This document shows, piece after piece, positions 52,942-64,000 of a stretch of 64,000 nucleotides of DNA. The DNA is taken from assembly GCA_964016885.1 (NCBI GenBank), contig OZ024743.1, forward strand, positions 190,712,001 through 190,776,000, given 5' to 3'. Numbering within the stretch: position 1 is the stretch's first letter; the number at the start of each line of letters is the position of its first letter. Under the pieces are notes generated by a model. That model saw only the letters and a program-made list of their open reading frames with translations, did not search any database and had not been told where the DNA came from. The stretch comes from Eledone cirrhosa (taxonomy: Eukaryota). A program made the position numbers and the translations under genes.

Positions 52942-53330
52942 TCATCATCATCATCATTTTACGTCCACTTTTCCCTGCTTGCAACGGTGGGACGGGAACT
53001 GATTCTGGCTTGATTTCTGCAGCTGGATGCCCTTCCTAACACCAACCTCATTTACAGTGAGTGCTGTGTGCTTTTTTTCCATGGCGCCTACACGTCCAAT
53101 TTACAGTGTGGGCTGGGTGCTTTTTTTCCGTGGCATCTCCACGTCCACTTTACAGTGGAATGATATGGACCCCAGTCCCTATCATCTCATTTCTACAGCT
53201 GAGTAAACTGGAGCAACGTGAAATAAAGTGTCTTGCTCAAGGAAACAACACATCACCCAGTCTGAGAATTGAACTCACAACCTTTCTATTGCAAGGCCAA
53301 TGCTCTAACCACTAAGCCATGTGCCTCCAT
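52942..53330 (-). mobile_element. Full-length composite SINE (tRNA head, CORE-like, Ceph-type, RTE tail)
   Basis: GGAGGCACATGGCTTAGTGGTTAGAGC head, GAGTTCAATTC B-box, AGGAAGGGCATCCAGCTG, (TGA)n tail. Confidence 0.8.
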
Positions 53331-53344
53331 ATATATAATAATAA

Positions 53345-53508
53345 TAATTGTTTCTACTTTTGGCACAAGGCCAGCAATTACCCAGAGCATTACTGGTACT
53401 TTATTTTATTCACCCCATAAGGATGAAAGGCAAAGTTAACCTTGTCGGGATTTGAACTCGGAACGTAAAGGGCCATAACTCTATGTCACTAGGATTCTGC
53501 CAATCCAT
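53345..53508 (-). mobile_element. Meta-type tRNA SINE in (AAT)n
   Basis: Family match; AAT repeats on both sides. Confidence 0.8.
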
Positions 53509-53539
53509 TAATAATAATAATAATAGTATTAATTTGTGA

Positions 53540-54335
53540 TGACAAAACATACTTGGTTATAGCTACAGAAAGGCTATGTGAAGAAAGAAATGGAAGGACT
53601 TATATTAGCAGTGCAAGATCAAGCCATAAGAATAAGGTGGGTAATGAAAAACATACACAAGAATGATGTTCAAGTTACATGCAGGGAGAAAGGTAGTTGC
53701 TCATATCATATTAGTGTGTGAGGAGTTAGCCTAGAATGATTACAAAAACGGCTGTCATGGTGCACTGTAAATTATGTAAAATGTATGTATTTCCATGTAG
53801 AGAAAAAAAGCTATGAACAAGGTGTCACAAATGAGATGAGAGTGGTAGAAAATAATGAGACAAGTCTCACATGGGATTTCCCAATTCCAACTGAGGTGAA
53901 GAATGATCACACTAAACTGAATATTGTCATAATTGAGGAGAGAATCTGTACCCTCATAGATGTTCCATGTCCTTTTGACATCAACATTGAACAAAAAAGG
54001 AGAAAACAAGGAGTGTATACAGGCCTAAAATATGAAATCTTGAAATGAAGTGAAGACAGTCACCATTGTCCTAGTGGTGATTGGTGCTCTTGGCATGGTA
54101 ACAAAGAATCTTGATAATTACCTGTTAAACAGACTTTGTACCAGGAAATGTACCTCCCCAGAAGACATGCCGAATGAGAACAGCTCAAATATTGATAACG
54201 TATCTGGACAACCAGCAGTAGCTAAACCACTAAAAAAGATACGAACAGATTGGTCTTACCCTAGGCTACTAATTTTAGCACTGTATTCTCTAAAATAACT
54301 GGCTCAAAACAATATCAAACGTTGTTGTGATAAAG
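53540..54335 (+). mobile_element. Degenerate Dong-type LINE 3' end
   Basis: EGLILAVQDQAI; VVENNET.LTWDF.I.T..C.LIDV.CPFD; VVIGALG. Confidence 0.75.
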
Positions 54336-54340
54336 AGTTT

Positions 54341-54879
54341 AATAATAATAATAATATAATAATAATGCTTTCTTTATTAACCACAAGGGTTTACACAAAG
54401 TAGACATTAAGGACAGTACAGGACAATACAGGACGGTACAAATGGGCATTTCTGCGTGTAAAAAACAAAAAAAACAGAGGATGTAATAATAGAACAATGA
54501 AAAATTCTCCAATAGGGGGAGACTTCCGAGGGCCATTGTGGAGAAAGCCTATTAAAAAAAGCCACGGTGACCCTGACCACCAAGGCAATTGTCCTCTCCC
54601 AGTTTTCCACCTTCAATTTACAGGCATATACTCAGAGTAGGTCCACTCACTCGGGCCATTCTTCCCTCTCTCACCCATCTTTCAACAAAAAGCTGGGAAG
54701 ACTACACCTCCCTCTCTACCCCGATTTTCCTTTTCAAATGAAATTGGAAAAGGTTAATCAGGGCATCACCGAAGAGGTAAGTGCTCGTCTTCAGCCCTTT
54801 CAAACGTGTCCACCATACTATCTCTTTCGCCATGGCCACCAGACAGATAAAAACTGCCTGCCCTTCCCGGCTAAAGGAA
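54341..54879 (-). mobile_element. Tx1-clade LINE 3' end
   Basis: Highly similar to 62113-62620; (ATT)n tail. Confidence 0.85.
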
Positions 54880-54884
54880 GAGAT

Positions 54885-55765
54885 AACAACAAGGAGGAAG
54901 AGCAACCATAACAACAAGGAGGAAGAGGAGGAAGAGCAAACTTCATGAAAATCCCTTCATAGTACCTTCTTTGAGAAAACTGAATTTAGACATCCAGAGA
55001 CATGGAACTGGCTAAAAAGAGGAGACATTAAAAAGGCTACAGAAGGAATGCTAATGACTGCGCAAAAGCAGGCCCTCAGAACAAGTGGGTGAAACACCAT
55101 ATTTACAAGGAGGAGGCTAGGCCACTGTGTAGGATCTGTGGAGAGAGAGAGAGGAGAATGTGGCTCACATTGTATCCAAGTGTAAACACCTAGCACAGAC
55201 TCACTATAAAGGCTGGAGACATGATGTGATGGCCAGGGTGATCCACTGGCACCTATGCAAAGTAAACAATTTACCACATTATGAGAAGTGGTATGAGCAT
55301 AAGCCAGAGTCGGTTATAGAAAACGATCAGGTGAAGGTGCTGTGGGATTTTAGGATACAGATGGACAAGAAACTGGAACACAATAGACCTGACCTGGTGG
55401 TTTTGGACAAGGAAAAAAGATCGTGCCTGATTGTGGATGTGGCCTGCCCATTCGACACGAGAGTACAAGAGAATGAGAGGGGGGAAATTAACCGCTACCA
55501 GTACTTAAAGTGGGAGGTAAAAAGGATTTGGAACTGCTATGAAGTCAAAGTGGTTCCGATTGTCATGGGCGCACTAGGTACTATCTCAAAGAGTTTCCAA
55601 GGATGGCTAAAGAAAATTGGTCCCGCACGGCTTTTTGAAACACTTAAAAAGGCATGCTTGCTGGGAACAGCAAGAACCCTCCGATACGTCCTGAATATCT
55701 GAGGCTTGATATTCATTTCAACAAACTTTCCAGTTAACAAACATCAATGACTGTGACTCAAAGAA
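54885..55765 (+). mobile_element. Dong-type LINE 3' end (same family as 18750-22332)
   Basis: ORF 55160-55702 is nearly identical to ORF 18812-19366. Confidence 0.9.
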
Positions 55766-55772
55766 CAGCAAC

Positions 55773-55825
<53 letters not shown>

Positions 55826-55841
55826 GAAGAAGAAGAAGAAG

Positions 55842-58800
55842 AATGATTTCTTTAGTAACCACAAGGGTTTACATAAAGTAGACATTAAGGACAGTGCAGG
55901 ACAATACAGGACGGTACAAATGGGCTTTTCTGCGTGTAAAAACAAAAACAAAGGGTGTAACAAAAAATAACAATGAAAAATTCCCCAATAGTAGGGGAGA
56001 CTTCGGAGGGACATTTGTGGAGAAAGCCCAGTAAAAGGCCACAATGACCCTGACCACCAAGGCAAGTGCCCTCTCCCAGTTTTCCACCTTTAATTTACAG
56101 ATATATACTCAGAGTAGGCCCATTCACTCGGGCCATTATTGCTTCTCTCACCCATCTTTCAACAAAATGCTGGGAAGAGATCACTTCCCTCTCTACTCTG
56201 ATTTTCCTTTTCAAATGAAATTGGAAAAAGTCAATCAGAGCATCACCGAAGTGGTAAGTGCTCGTCTTCAGCCCTTTCAGACGTGTCCACCATACTATCT
56301 CTTTCGCCATGGCCACCAGACAGATAAAAACTGCCTGCCCTTCCCGGCTAAAGGAGGAGGGCGGGGCAATCCTCACGATGGACTCAGATGATAGCCGGAT
56401 CCGTCCTAAACGCGACAGCAGGTGTTCGAGATAAACCCACAAGTCAGCAATTTTCGGACACTGGACGAGTGCGTGCAGGACGGTTTCGTCGCCCTGCGCG
56501 CATCTCGGACATGCCCGGCTGACGGCACCTCCATGCCTGTAGAGTTTATCCCGAACTGGCAAGGCTCCTCGGTAGCACTGCCAGGCCAGAGATTTCTGGA
56601 AGTTGTCCATAGGCCCTGGCCCGAAAGTTCTTCCGAAGAGATTGGTGACTGTCTTCTGAGTGAGGTCATGTTTAAAATAGAGTGGAAAAGATGGGAAAGA
56701 CCACTTACCGTACTTTTGGTAGAGGAGGGATGGTTTTTACATCCCTTTTCACTTGATCGTCTGGTGAAGGGACCGTTGAATCGTCCCTTCGGCTGGTCGT
56801 CGGCTCTTCTTTGAGAATGTCTGAATATACTCTTCGATTGATAGTTCCTCCTAGGTCCCTGAAATCACCAACTGCGTTAGGCAATTTCGTTTTAATGTTT
56901 GTGTATTGTTTCTGTGCTATTTTTAGCAGTCTTATGTTAGTTGGCGTTTTGATTGGTGCTGGTATTATGTAGTCGTGTTGTGAAATGTCTGTGTGTTCAA
57001 TTATGTAACTCATTAGTTTCTTGTTGTGTGTATTTATTGCCGTGCATTTGTTTTTCTGGGGGTGGGGTGTGGTTCTGCTATTTTCTTGTCGCTGTTGCTG
57101 GGTGTGTGTGTTTTGTTGTTGTGTTTGCGATGTTGGTGCTTGTGGTGTTGGTGTTGAAGGTGTTGTTGGCGGTGGGGTTGTCGCCGGTGGTGATGGTGGT
57201 GCTAGTGTGGGTGGTGATGGTGTTGGTGGTGTTGCTGCTGTGGGTCTCTTTGCAGTAGACTTTACCCTTTTCTCATTTCTTTCCTCCCTTTTCAAAGGCG
57301 ACGATGCGCTGCTTCTGCGTTTGTGCCTTCTTACGACCTTTTGCCATCCCTCTCCCACCTCACACTCCACGTCTGATTCTGTGAGGTCGGGGAGGGGTAC
57401 CAGCTCCACTCTTTCACTTGTTGTTGTTGGTGATGTTTGCACTGGAGTCTCTGTTGCAGCTGCATTTGGTATTGCTGTTGTTGTTGTTAATATTTCCACT
57501 GCTGCTGCTGTTTTTGATTTCCGTGGCGTGGGTATGGGTGCCACGGACCTATCGTTCCTGGTTGCCGCTTGTCCTGTTGCTGGTAGCCGTGGAGCCGGTT
57601 TCGGAAGGAGGGGGGTTTTCTCCTTTCTCAGGGTCTTCTCGTTGCAGAAGGCCCTGAGGTGAGTCTTCGATCCACAGCGAAAGCATTTCGGGCGTTTTCC
57701 TTCAACACTTATGGGCAGTTGAGTGCCGTTATCGAAGTCTATCACATCCGGGATAGCTTCGATGCACTCCTGGTTGGTTTGGATTAGCATCTCAATGGAG
57801 GTGCCGAACCAATCTTCTCTTACTTTTTTCTGTACTTGCAGTACAGTTGTTTTGTCCTCGATTCCGACGAGGACAGACGCGGCCAGCCAAGAAGGGGCCA
57901 TCCCCGGGGGGGGGGGGGCGTGGGTCAGTTTGACCCTCACAATTTTTTGCCCGCAGTAGGAGGGCACCAACACCATTTCCTCGCTCCTTAGGGTCACTAC
58001 GGATTGGGCCTTTGCCTCCTGGGTTGTGGCAAAAAGTACGTCTACGGTGGCATATTTTTTGCCTCGGGTGATGTGCGTTTTCCGCTGCCACACAGACCCC
58101 AAGGCTTTTTGTATTTGAGCCTCTGTGGCTCTTTCCACCCTACGGGATGTTGTACTTACTGTACGGTACGTGACCGTACAGTGCTGTTGGGTTTCGAAAA
58201 ATGTTTCCGCTGCCTTGCAGATTGCTCGGTGTCCAGGTTTTGTCACCATCTTCTTCGCTTCCTCTAATTCCTCATTTGTCATGAGGATTCTTTCCAAGTT
58301 TTTCGCAATACCTGCAAATGAGATTGGTTTTTCTTTGCTGCTGTTGTTGTTGTTGTCGTCTGAGCTGCTGTTACTTTTGTTGTTGCTGCAGGTACTACGA
58401 CTACTGCCTCCGCCGCTGTTGCTGTGGTTGTTGTTGGTGTTGCTGCTGCTAATGCTGTTGTTGTTTATGCTGCTGGTGATGCTGTTGCGGCTGCTACTGT
58501 TGTTTTCATTGTCACTGTTGCTGTTGTTATTACGGCTGCTACTGCTATTATTCCTGACGTCAGACGAATGAAATGGGTTTTCGTATTTCCCGCACACTTG
58601 TTTCGTCGCTGTCGTCGTCGTCGTGGAGAAACCTTGCACGCTTTGCACGAGACTTTTCTTTTCTTTCGTCGCTTGCGAAAGAGAAGGGAGGGAGAGAGAC
58701 ACATTTAAAGAAGGGAGGGAGAGAGACAATCTTCTCTCTGCTGTAGTGATGATTGAGGAAGAAGAAGACGGAATGAGTGGGAGTGACGTATGAAATTTCT

Positions 58801-59030
58801 TTTTCGTAGCCATGTTGGTTTTTTTGTTTAAAATAAGTATTGGGTACAAAACCCCAAATATGCAGTTATTTAACCCCGAAGAGCCAAATAACGGGCAGAA
58901 AGACCCCTCTCACGAGGAGGAGGGTGTTTTTGTCTACAAGTTCGTTAAAGTTTTAAACAATTTACAATTGTTATAGTGTTCAAAATTTACAATACCTTAC
59001 AGAGCCGAGCCTCCGTCAACCATAGCATTC
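55842..59030 (-). mobile_element. Internally deleted Tx1-clade LINE: 5' UTR, intact ORF1, and the last part of ORF2 with 3' UTR
   Basis: 55842-56645 matches 62113-62907; the ORF1-like frame lies directly upstream; (AAT)n on both sides. Confidence 0.8.
56705..58813 (-). CDS. LINE ORF1 (gag-like) protein, about 702 aa, with CCHC zinc knuckle
   Basis: Open frame from ATG (MATKKKF); SFA.IAK; ISVEGKRPKCFRCGSKTHLRAFC; WQKVVRRHKRR; low-complexity S/N and P/T tracts. Confidence 0.8.
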   Translation of the reverse strand: MATKKKFHTSLPLIPSSSSSIITTAERRLSLSLPSLNVSLSLPSLSQATKEKKSLVQSVQGFSTTTTTATKQVCGKYENPFHSSDVRNNSSSSRNNNSNSDNENNSSSRNSITSSINNNSISSSNTNNNHSNSGGGSSRSTCSNNKSNSSSDDNNNNSSKEKPISFAGIAKNLERILMTNEELEEAKKMVTKPGHRAICKAAETFFETQQHCTVTYRTVSTTSRRVERATEAQIQKALGSVWQRKTHITRGKKYATVDVLFATTQEAKAQSVVTLRSEEMVLVPSYCGQKIVRVKLTHAPPPPGMAPSWLAASVLVGIEDKTTVLQVQKKVREDWFGTSIEMLIQTNQECIEAIPDVIDFDNGTQLPISVEGKRPKCFRCGSKTHLRAFCNEKTLRKEKTPLLPKPAPRLPATGQAATRNDRSVAPIPTPRKSKTAAAVEILTTTTAIPNAAATETPVQTSPTTTSERVELVPLPDLTESDVECEVGEGWQKVVRRHKRRSSASSPLKREERNEKRVKSTAKRPTAATPPTPSPPTLAPPSPPATTPPPTTPSTPTPQAPTSQTQQQNTHTQQQRQENSRTTPHPQKNKCTAINTHNKKLMSYIIEHTDISQHDYIIPAPIKTPTNIRLLKIAQKQYTNIKTKLPNAVGDFRDLGGTINRRVYSDILKEEPTTSRRDDSTVPSPDDQVKRDVKTIPPLPKVR

Positions 59031-59064
59031 AATAATAATAATAATAATAATAATAATCATTATC

Positions 59065-62061
59065 ATCACAAACAAACTAAACCTTTACTGATTTAAATCA
59101 TCTCTATTATGCATCGGCTAAAGTCACCACTCACTTATGTGGAGTGAAGATGAAAAAACAAAGGAATTCCCACAAGAAATCTACTTGGCAAGAGAACATC
59201 AATCGCCAAATAAACCTTCTCCGCTCTGACATAGAAATGTTAACAAACTATAAAGTAGGTGAACATGTTAAACAAACTAAACTTAGAAAATTGAAAAAAA
59301 AGTACAGTATAAAATCAACATGTGACATAGACATGCTGATAGAAATAATCAAGCAAAAAGTGTCGGCCAAAGCTGCTCGTATCAGGCGCTTTGAAAATCC
59401 GATCTAGATTCTATAAGGACAATAATATGTTCAAAAACAACCAACGAAACTTCTACAGAAAAATTGGTAAGTCAACAATAACTGCTAAATCAATACCACC
59501 CAAGGAGGAAGTGCAAGAATTCTGGGAAAAGATCTGGGCCGAAGAAAATGTTCATAACATACATGCCCCATGGATAGACAGACAAATGAAAGATACAGCT
59601 CACCTTGAGGAACAAATATGGGAAAATATAACAGTTGAACAGTTGCGCTTGGCTCTAAGAAAAACCAGCAAATGGAAATCCCCAGGAAAAGACAAAATAC
59701 AAAACTTTTGGATAAATGCCTTCACAGAGTCTCATGAGCTGTTAGCCCAACTTTACAATGAAATAGTTAAGGAGCCAGAAAAGATACCATCATGGCTAGT
59801 TAACGGCATTACATTCCTGCTTCCGAAGAATGATGAGACAAACAATCCCAAAAATTACAGACCGATAACTTGCTTGACCACAATGTATAAAATTTTAACA
59901 TCAGTCCTAACTGAATACACATATGACCACCTGATAACAAATGACCTATTTCCCATTGAGCAGAAAGGGTGTAAACGAGGCTCATATGGCTGTAAGGATC
60001 AGCTTCTGGTTAACAAAATGATACTGGAAGCTTGTCATAATAGACACAAAAATCTATCGATTGCTTGGATAGATTATAAAAAAGCATTCGATAGTTTGCC
60101 ACACAGTTGGATTGAAAAATGTTTAGAGATTTTCAAAATATCCCCCGTTGTCAGGAGGTTTTTGTCATTCAATATGAGGACATGGAAAACGACACTCCTT
60201 TTGAATAGTGAAACAAAATCACTGGAAGCTGGAGAAGTTAATATTAACTGTGGAATTTTTCAGGGTGACTCTTTATCCCCGCTTTTATTCTGCATCGCAC
60301 TTATACCATTAAGTAAAATGCTCAATGAAACAAAACATGGATATAAAGTCGATGACAAAACCATTAATCACCTGTTCTACATGGATGACCTGAAACTATT
60401 TGGAAAAAAATGATGAACAATTAAAAGGGCTATTATCCACTGTGGAGCAGTTCAGTGATGACATTAAAATGGAGTTTGGACTAGATAAATGCGCCAAAGC
60501 AACGTTCACCAGAGGAAAGCTGCTGAAGAGTTCAGACATTAATCTTGATCGGGGGAACGTGATAAGAGAACTTGATCAAGAAAGAACTTACAAATATCTA
60601 CGTTTTTGTGAAGGAGACGGAATCAAGCACTCGACAATGAGGGAAAGGATAAGGAAGGAATGTTACCGCAGAGTAAGAGCAATCTTAAGAACGGAATTGA
60701 ATGCAAGGAATAGGATCGATGCCATAAACACGCTTGCCATACCAGTAGTGTCCTACAGTTACAACGTCATCAACTGGTCAAGCACAGAGATCCGTAGGCT
60801 CGATACAAAAATTCGAAAATTCTTAACCATGCACAGAAGGCATCACCCTAAGGCAGATATAGATAGAATATATCTCCCTAGGAAAGAAGGAGGACATGGG
60901 TTAATCCAGTTAGACATTGCGTTGAAAACTGCAACAATTGGATTATCTACATATCTAATGGAATCACATGATTGGATGATCAAACTCGTTTTGAAACACG
61001 AAAGCATCAAAAGATCATATTCCATTACAAAAGATGCACAAAGATACAGTAATGGACTACAAATTTCAGAAGTCCCATTTACTGCTGAAATGGAAAACAC
61101 AGAAAAAGCAAAGCAGGTAAAAGTAGCTGCAAAGAAAGAACTGCTACAGAAACTGGCTAAGAAATGGCAAGAAAAGCCTCTGTATGGAAAATACCCAGAG
61201 CGAGCTAACAATTCTGATGTTGACAAAACTTTAACCCATCAGTGGTTGGCATCCTCTGGACTGAAATCGGAGACTGAAGGACTGATTATATCAGCTCAAG
61301 ATCAGTGTCTGCCAACAAAAAAATACCAAGCCAACATAATAAAAAATGGATGCAGCCCATTATGCCGTGTATGCAAAAAACAACCAGAGACCATTGACCA
61401 TATAATTTCAATGTGCACCAACCGAATACCTAAACAGGCATGACAGAGCTGCACAATACATACATTGGATAATGTGTAAGCATTTTGACCTGCCCCATCA
61501 AAAGAATTGGTGGGAACATCAACCACTTCCCATACTTGAAAAAGATCACATCTCAATCTTGTGGCACTTTAGCATCCAAACAGACCGAAAAATAGATGCA
61601 AATAGACCTGATATAATATTGAAGGACTTTAAAAAGAGGGTATGCCTGCTAATTGATATGTCAGTTCCAATAGACAAGAATGTATCTATAAAAACATTTG
61701 AAAAATTGAGCAAGTATAAGGACCTAGAGATAGAAATTGGAAAAATGTGGAAATTGAGAACTAAAACAATACCAGTGGTTGTAGGCGCTCTGGGAATGAT
61801 ATCTAAGGGGTCTAATGATTACTTATCGCAAATCCCAGGAAACCCGCGTATAGGAGAAATACAAAAGATAGTACTAATGGGAACTGCCCATATACTGAGG
61901 AAGATTCTGTCAATATAAGTACATCACAAGTCTAAACACTAAAGATGCATGTGTGAGTATGTATGTTCTTTCTTGAACATGGCGGACCTTGTTGTCTCTT
62001 GAGGTCACTGGTTGTGACTTGGTGATAACTCGTATGAACATAAAGCAAGATAAATGCAACT

Positions 62062-62063
<2 letters not shown>
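59065..62063 (+). mobile_element. 5'-truncated R4/Dong-clade LINE (third family), few frameshifts
   Basis: [45 protein letters not shown]...ETIDHI, RHD, NRPD..ID.SVP..EK..KY.DL; (TAA)n tail. Confidence 0.92.
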
Positions 62064-62112
<49 letters not shown>

Positions 62113-62115
<3 letters not shown>

Positions 62116-64000
62116 TTTTCTTTATTAACCACAAGGGTTTACATAAAGTAGACATTAAGGACAGTACAGGACAATACAGGACGGTACAAATGGGCATTTC
62201 TGCGTGTAAAAAACAGAGGATGTAATATAATAACAAAGAAAAATTCCCCAATAGGGGGGAGACTTCCGAGGGACATTTGTGGCGAAAGCCCATTTAAAGA
62301 CCACAGTGACCCTGACCACCAGGGCAAGTGCCCTCTCCCAGTTTTCCACCTTTAAGTTACAGACACATACTCAGAGAAGGCCCATTCATTCGGGCCATAC
62401 TTGCTTCTCTCACCCATCTATCAACAAAATTCTGGGAAGAGAGCATTACCCTCTCTACTCTGATTTTCCTTTTCAAATGAAATTTGAAAAGGTTAATCAG
62501 GGCATCACCGAAGAGGTAAGTGCTCGTCTTCAGCCCTTTCAAACGTGTCCACCATACTATCTCTTTCGCCATGGCCACCAGACAGATAAAAACTGCCTGC
62601 CCTTCCCGGCTAAAGGAAGAGGGCAGGGCAATCCTCACGATGGACTCAGCTGATAGCTGGATCCGTCCTACACGTGACAGCAGGTGTTCTACATAAACCC
62701 ACAAGTCAGCAATGCTCGGACACTGGACGAGTGCGTGCAGGACGGTTCCGTCGCCCTGTGCGCATCTCGGACATGCCCGCCTGACGGCACCTCCATGCCT
62801 GTAGAGTTTATCCCGAACTGGCAAAGGACGCCGATAGCACTGCCAGGCCAGGGATTTCTGGAAGTTGTCCATAGGCCCCGGCCCGAAAGTCCTTCCGAAG
62901 AGATTGGCTAGTTGATTTTCGTCGACGCCTAGAGTTTCTCCAAGTACGTCGTCGCTCTTACCCTCCGCTAATCCCCTATAGAACGCCAAGGTGGAGTTTC
63001 CACCGATCACATTGCCCGATTGGTCGAGGGCTGTGAGCGCCTGAAGAAATTCCAGTCTCCAAGCGCTCCCTCTCGATCTTCGCTTGACCCAGGACTGCAG
63101 CTCCGTCAAGGAGACGAGCTGGGGAAAAACGTGTCTAGCAAACGGCGACCACACCTGATCACCGTCGAGGAAGAGGTGGAGATGTCGTAGCCTGAGCGCA
63201 TGTCTGCGCATCATCAGCCACGGCTTGCCCAGCCATCCATGTAGCGGGTGTTGACAGCACATGGACCGCCTGACCATCGCAGCGCGTCCCTTCCACAAGA
63301 AACGAAAGAGCAAACGCTCCAGCGCATTCAGGCTGGGCTTAGGACAAGGTACGACAGTCAGGCGGTAGTAGATGACGGACGCGATGTACGCGTTAGCCAC
63401 CTCCGCTCGACCTTTCAGGGATAGCTTCCTGTCGGCCCATTTCTGGGTGAGAGACGCCACCCTGCTCGTCACCTCGTCCCAGTTTTTGTCCGTCTGGAGG
63501 TCTGGACCGAACCAGACCCCTAGCAATTTAACCGGTCCGTCCGTCCAGCGCTGTTGGACGGCATGGACCTGCCTCTCCAGGTGCCGAGCTGCAGGCTCAC
63601 TGACTTTTCATGGTTTATCATCGCTTCGTATTCTATTAGTGTAGTGCCGATCGCCTCGATGTGTTTGGCGTTCGACACCACTACGGTGACATCGTCCGCA
63701 TATGCTAACACGGATATTCCGCATCCTAGTTCGCGTGGGACCCCCCTCAACGTCTCCAGTTTGTGCAGTAATGGCTCGAGAGTCAATACGTACAATAGGG
63801 ACGAGAGGGGACATCCTTGGCGGACCGAGCGCATGAAGTTGAACGGTTCCGAAAGGTGACCGTTCACTCTCACTACAGAGCAGATGTCGCTGTGCATGGC
63901 AGCGATCGAGCCTCTGAAGACGGGCCCAAAGCCAGCCGCCCTCAGGACTGCCGCTAGGTAACGATGATCGACCCTATCGAAGGCTTTCGACTGATCTAAA
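62113..64000 (-). mobile_element. L1/Tx1-clade LINE ORF2 (RT and C-terminal Cys-rich region), continues past the window end
   Basis: DQSKAFDRVDH, VRQGCPLS, AYADDV, LGVWFG, LSLKGRA, CPRC....T.LH.L..C. Confidence 0.9.

Noticed and set aside
53255-53330. tRNA-like sequences (also at 1390, 48648 and the Meta-SINE heads)
   Set aside because: They are SINE heads continuing into SINE bodies; no clean cloverleaf is evident.
57021-58708. Plus-strand ORFs rich in V/G/L
   Set aside because: Antisense shadows of the low-complexity Tx1 ORF1.
58902-58926. Canonical HDV ribozyme call
   Set aside because: An L3-like TCCTCGT is present, but the P1.1 GG and a convincing P1 are absent. Kept only as a structured-UTR finding.

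Overview
AT-rich, repeat-dominated animal genomic DNA with no recognisable host protein-coding exon. It is probably intronic or intergenic. The SINE/LINE repertoire and the long (TA)n/(CA)n tracts suggest a coleoid cephalopod, likely an octopod (inference). Contents: many tRNA-derived SINEs of Meta-, CORE- and Ceph-type; decayed LINEs of the RTE (with a PHD finger), R4/Dong (REL), L1/Tx1 and CR1 clades; an internally deleted Helitron with an apparently spliced STPR-repeat N-terminus; and several Penelope-like element (PLE) remnants. Highlights: (1) PLE-type inverted or palindromic insertions carry type I hammerhead-ribozyme motifs from several unrelated families, including a perfect 373-bp palindrome with one hammerhead on each strand. 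(2) An (AAT/ATT)n-centred retroelement guild: Dong and Tx1 LINEs sit tail-to-tail four times, and the Meta-type SINE shares with the Tx1 LINE a 3' stem-loop with an identical CTTGT loop and compensatory stem changes, suggesting a SINE-Tx1 partnership. (3) A Tx1 derivative retains an intact ORF1 but has lost almost all of ORF2. All calls are by eye, and element boundaries are approximate unless a junction sequence is quoted.
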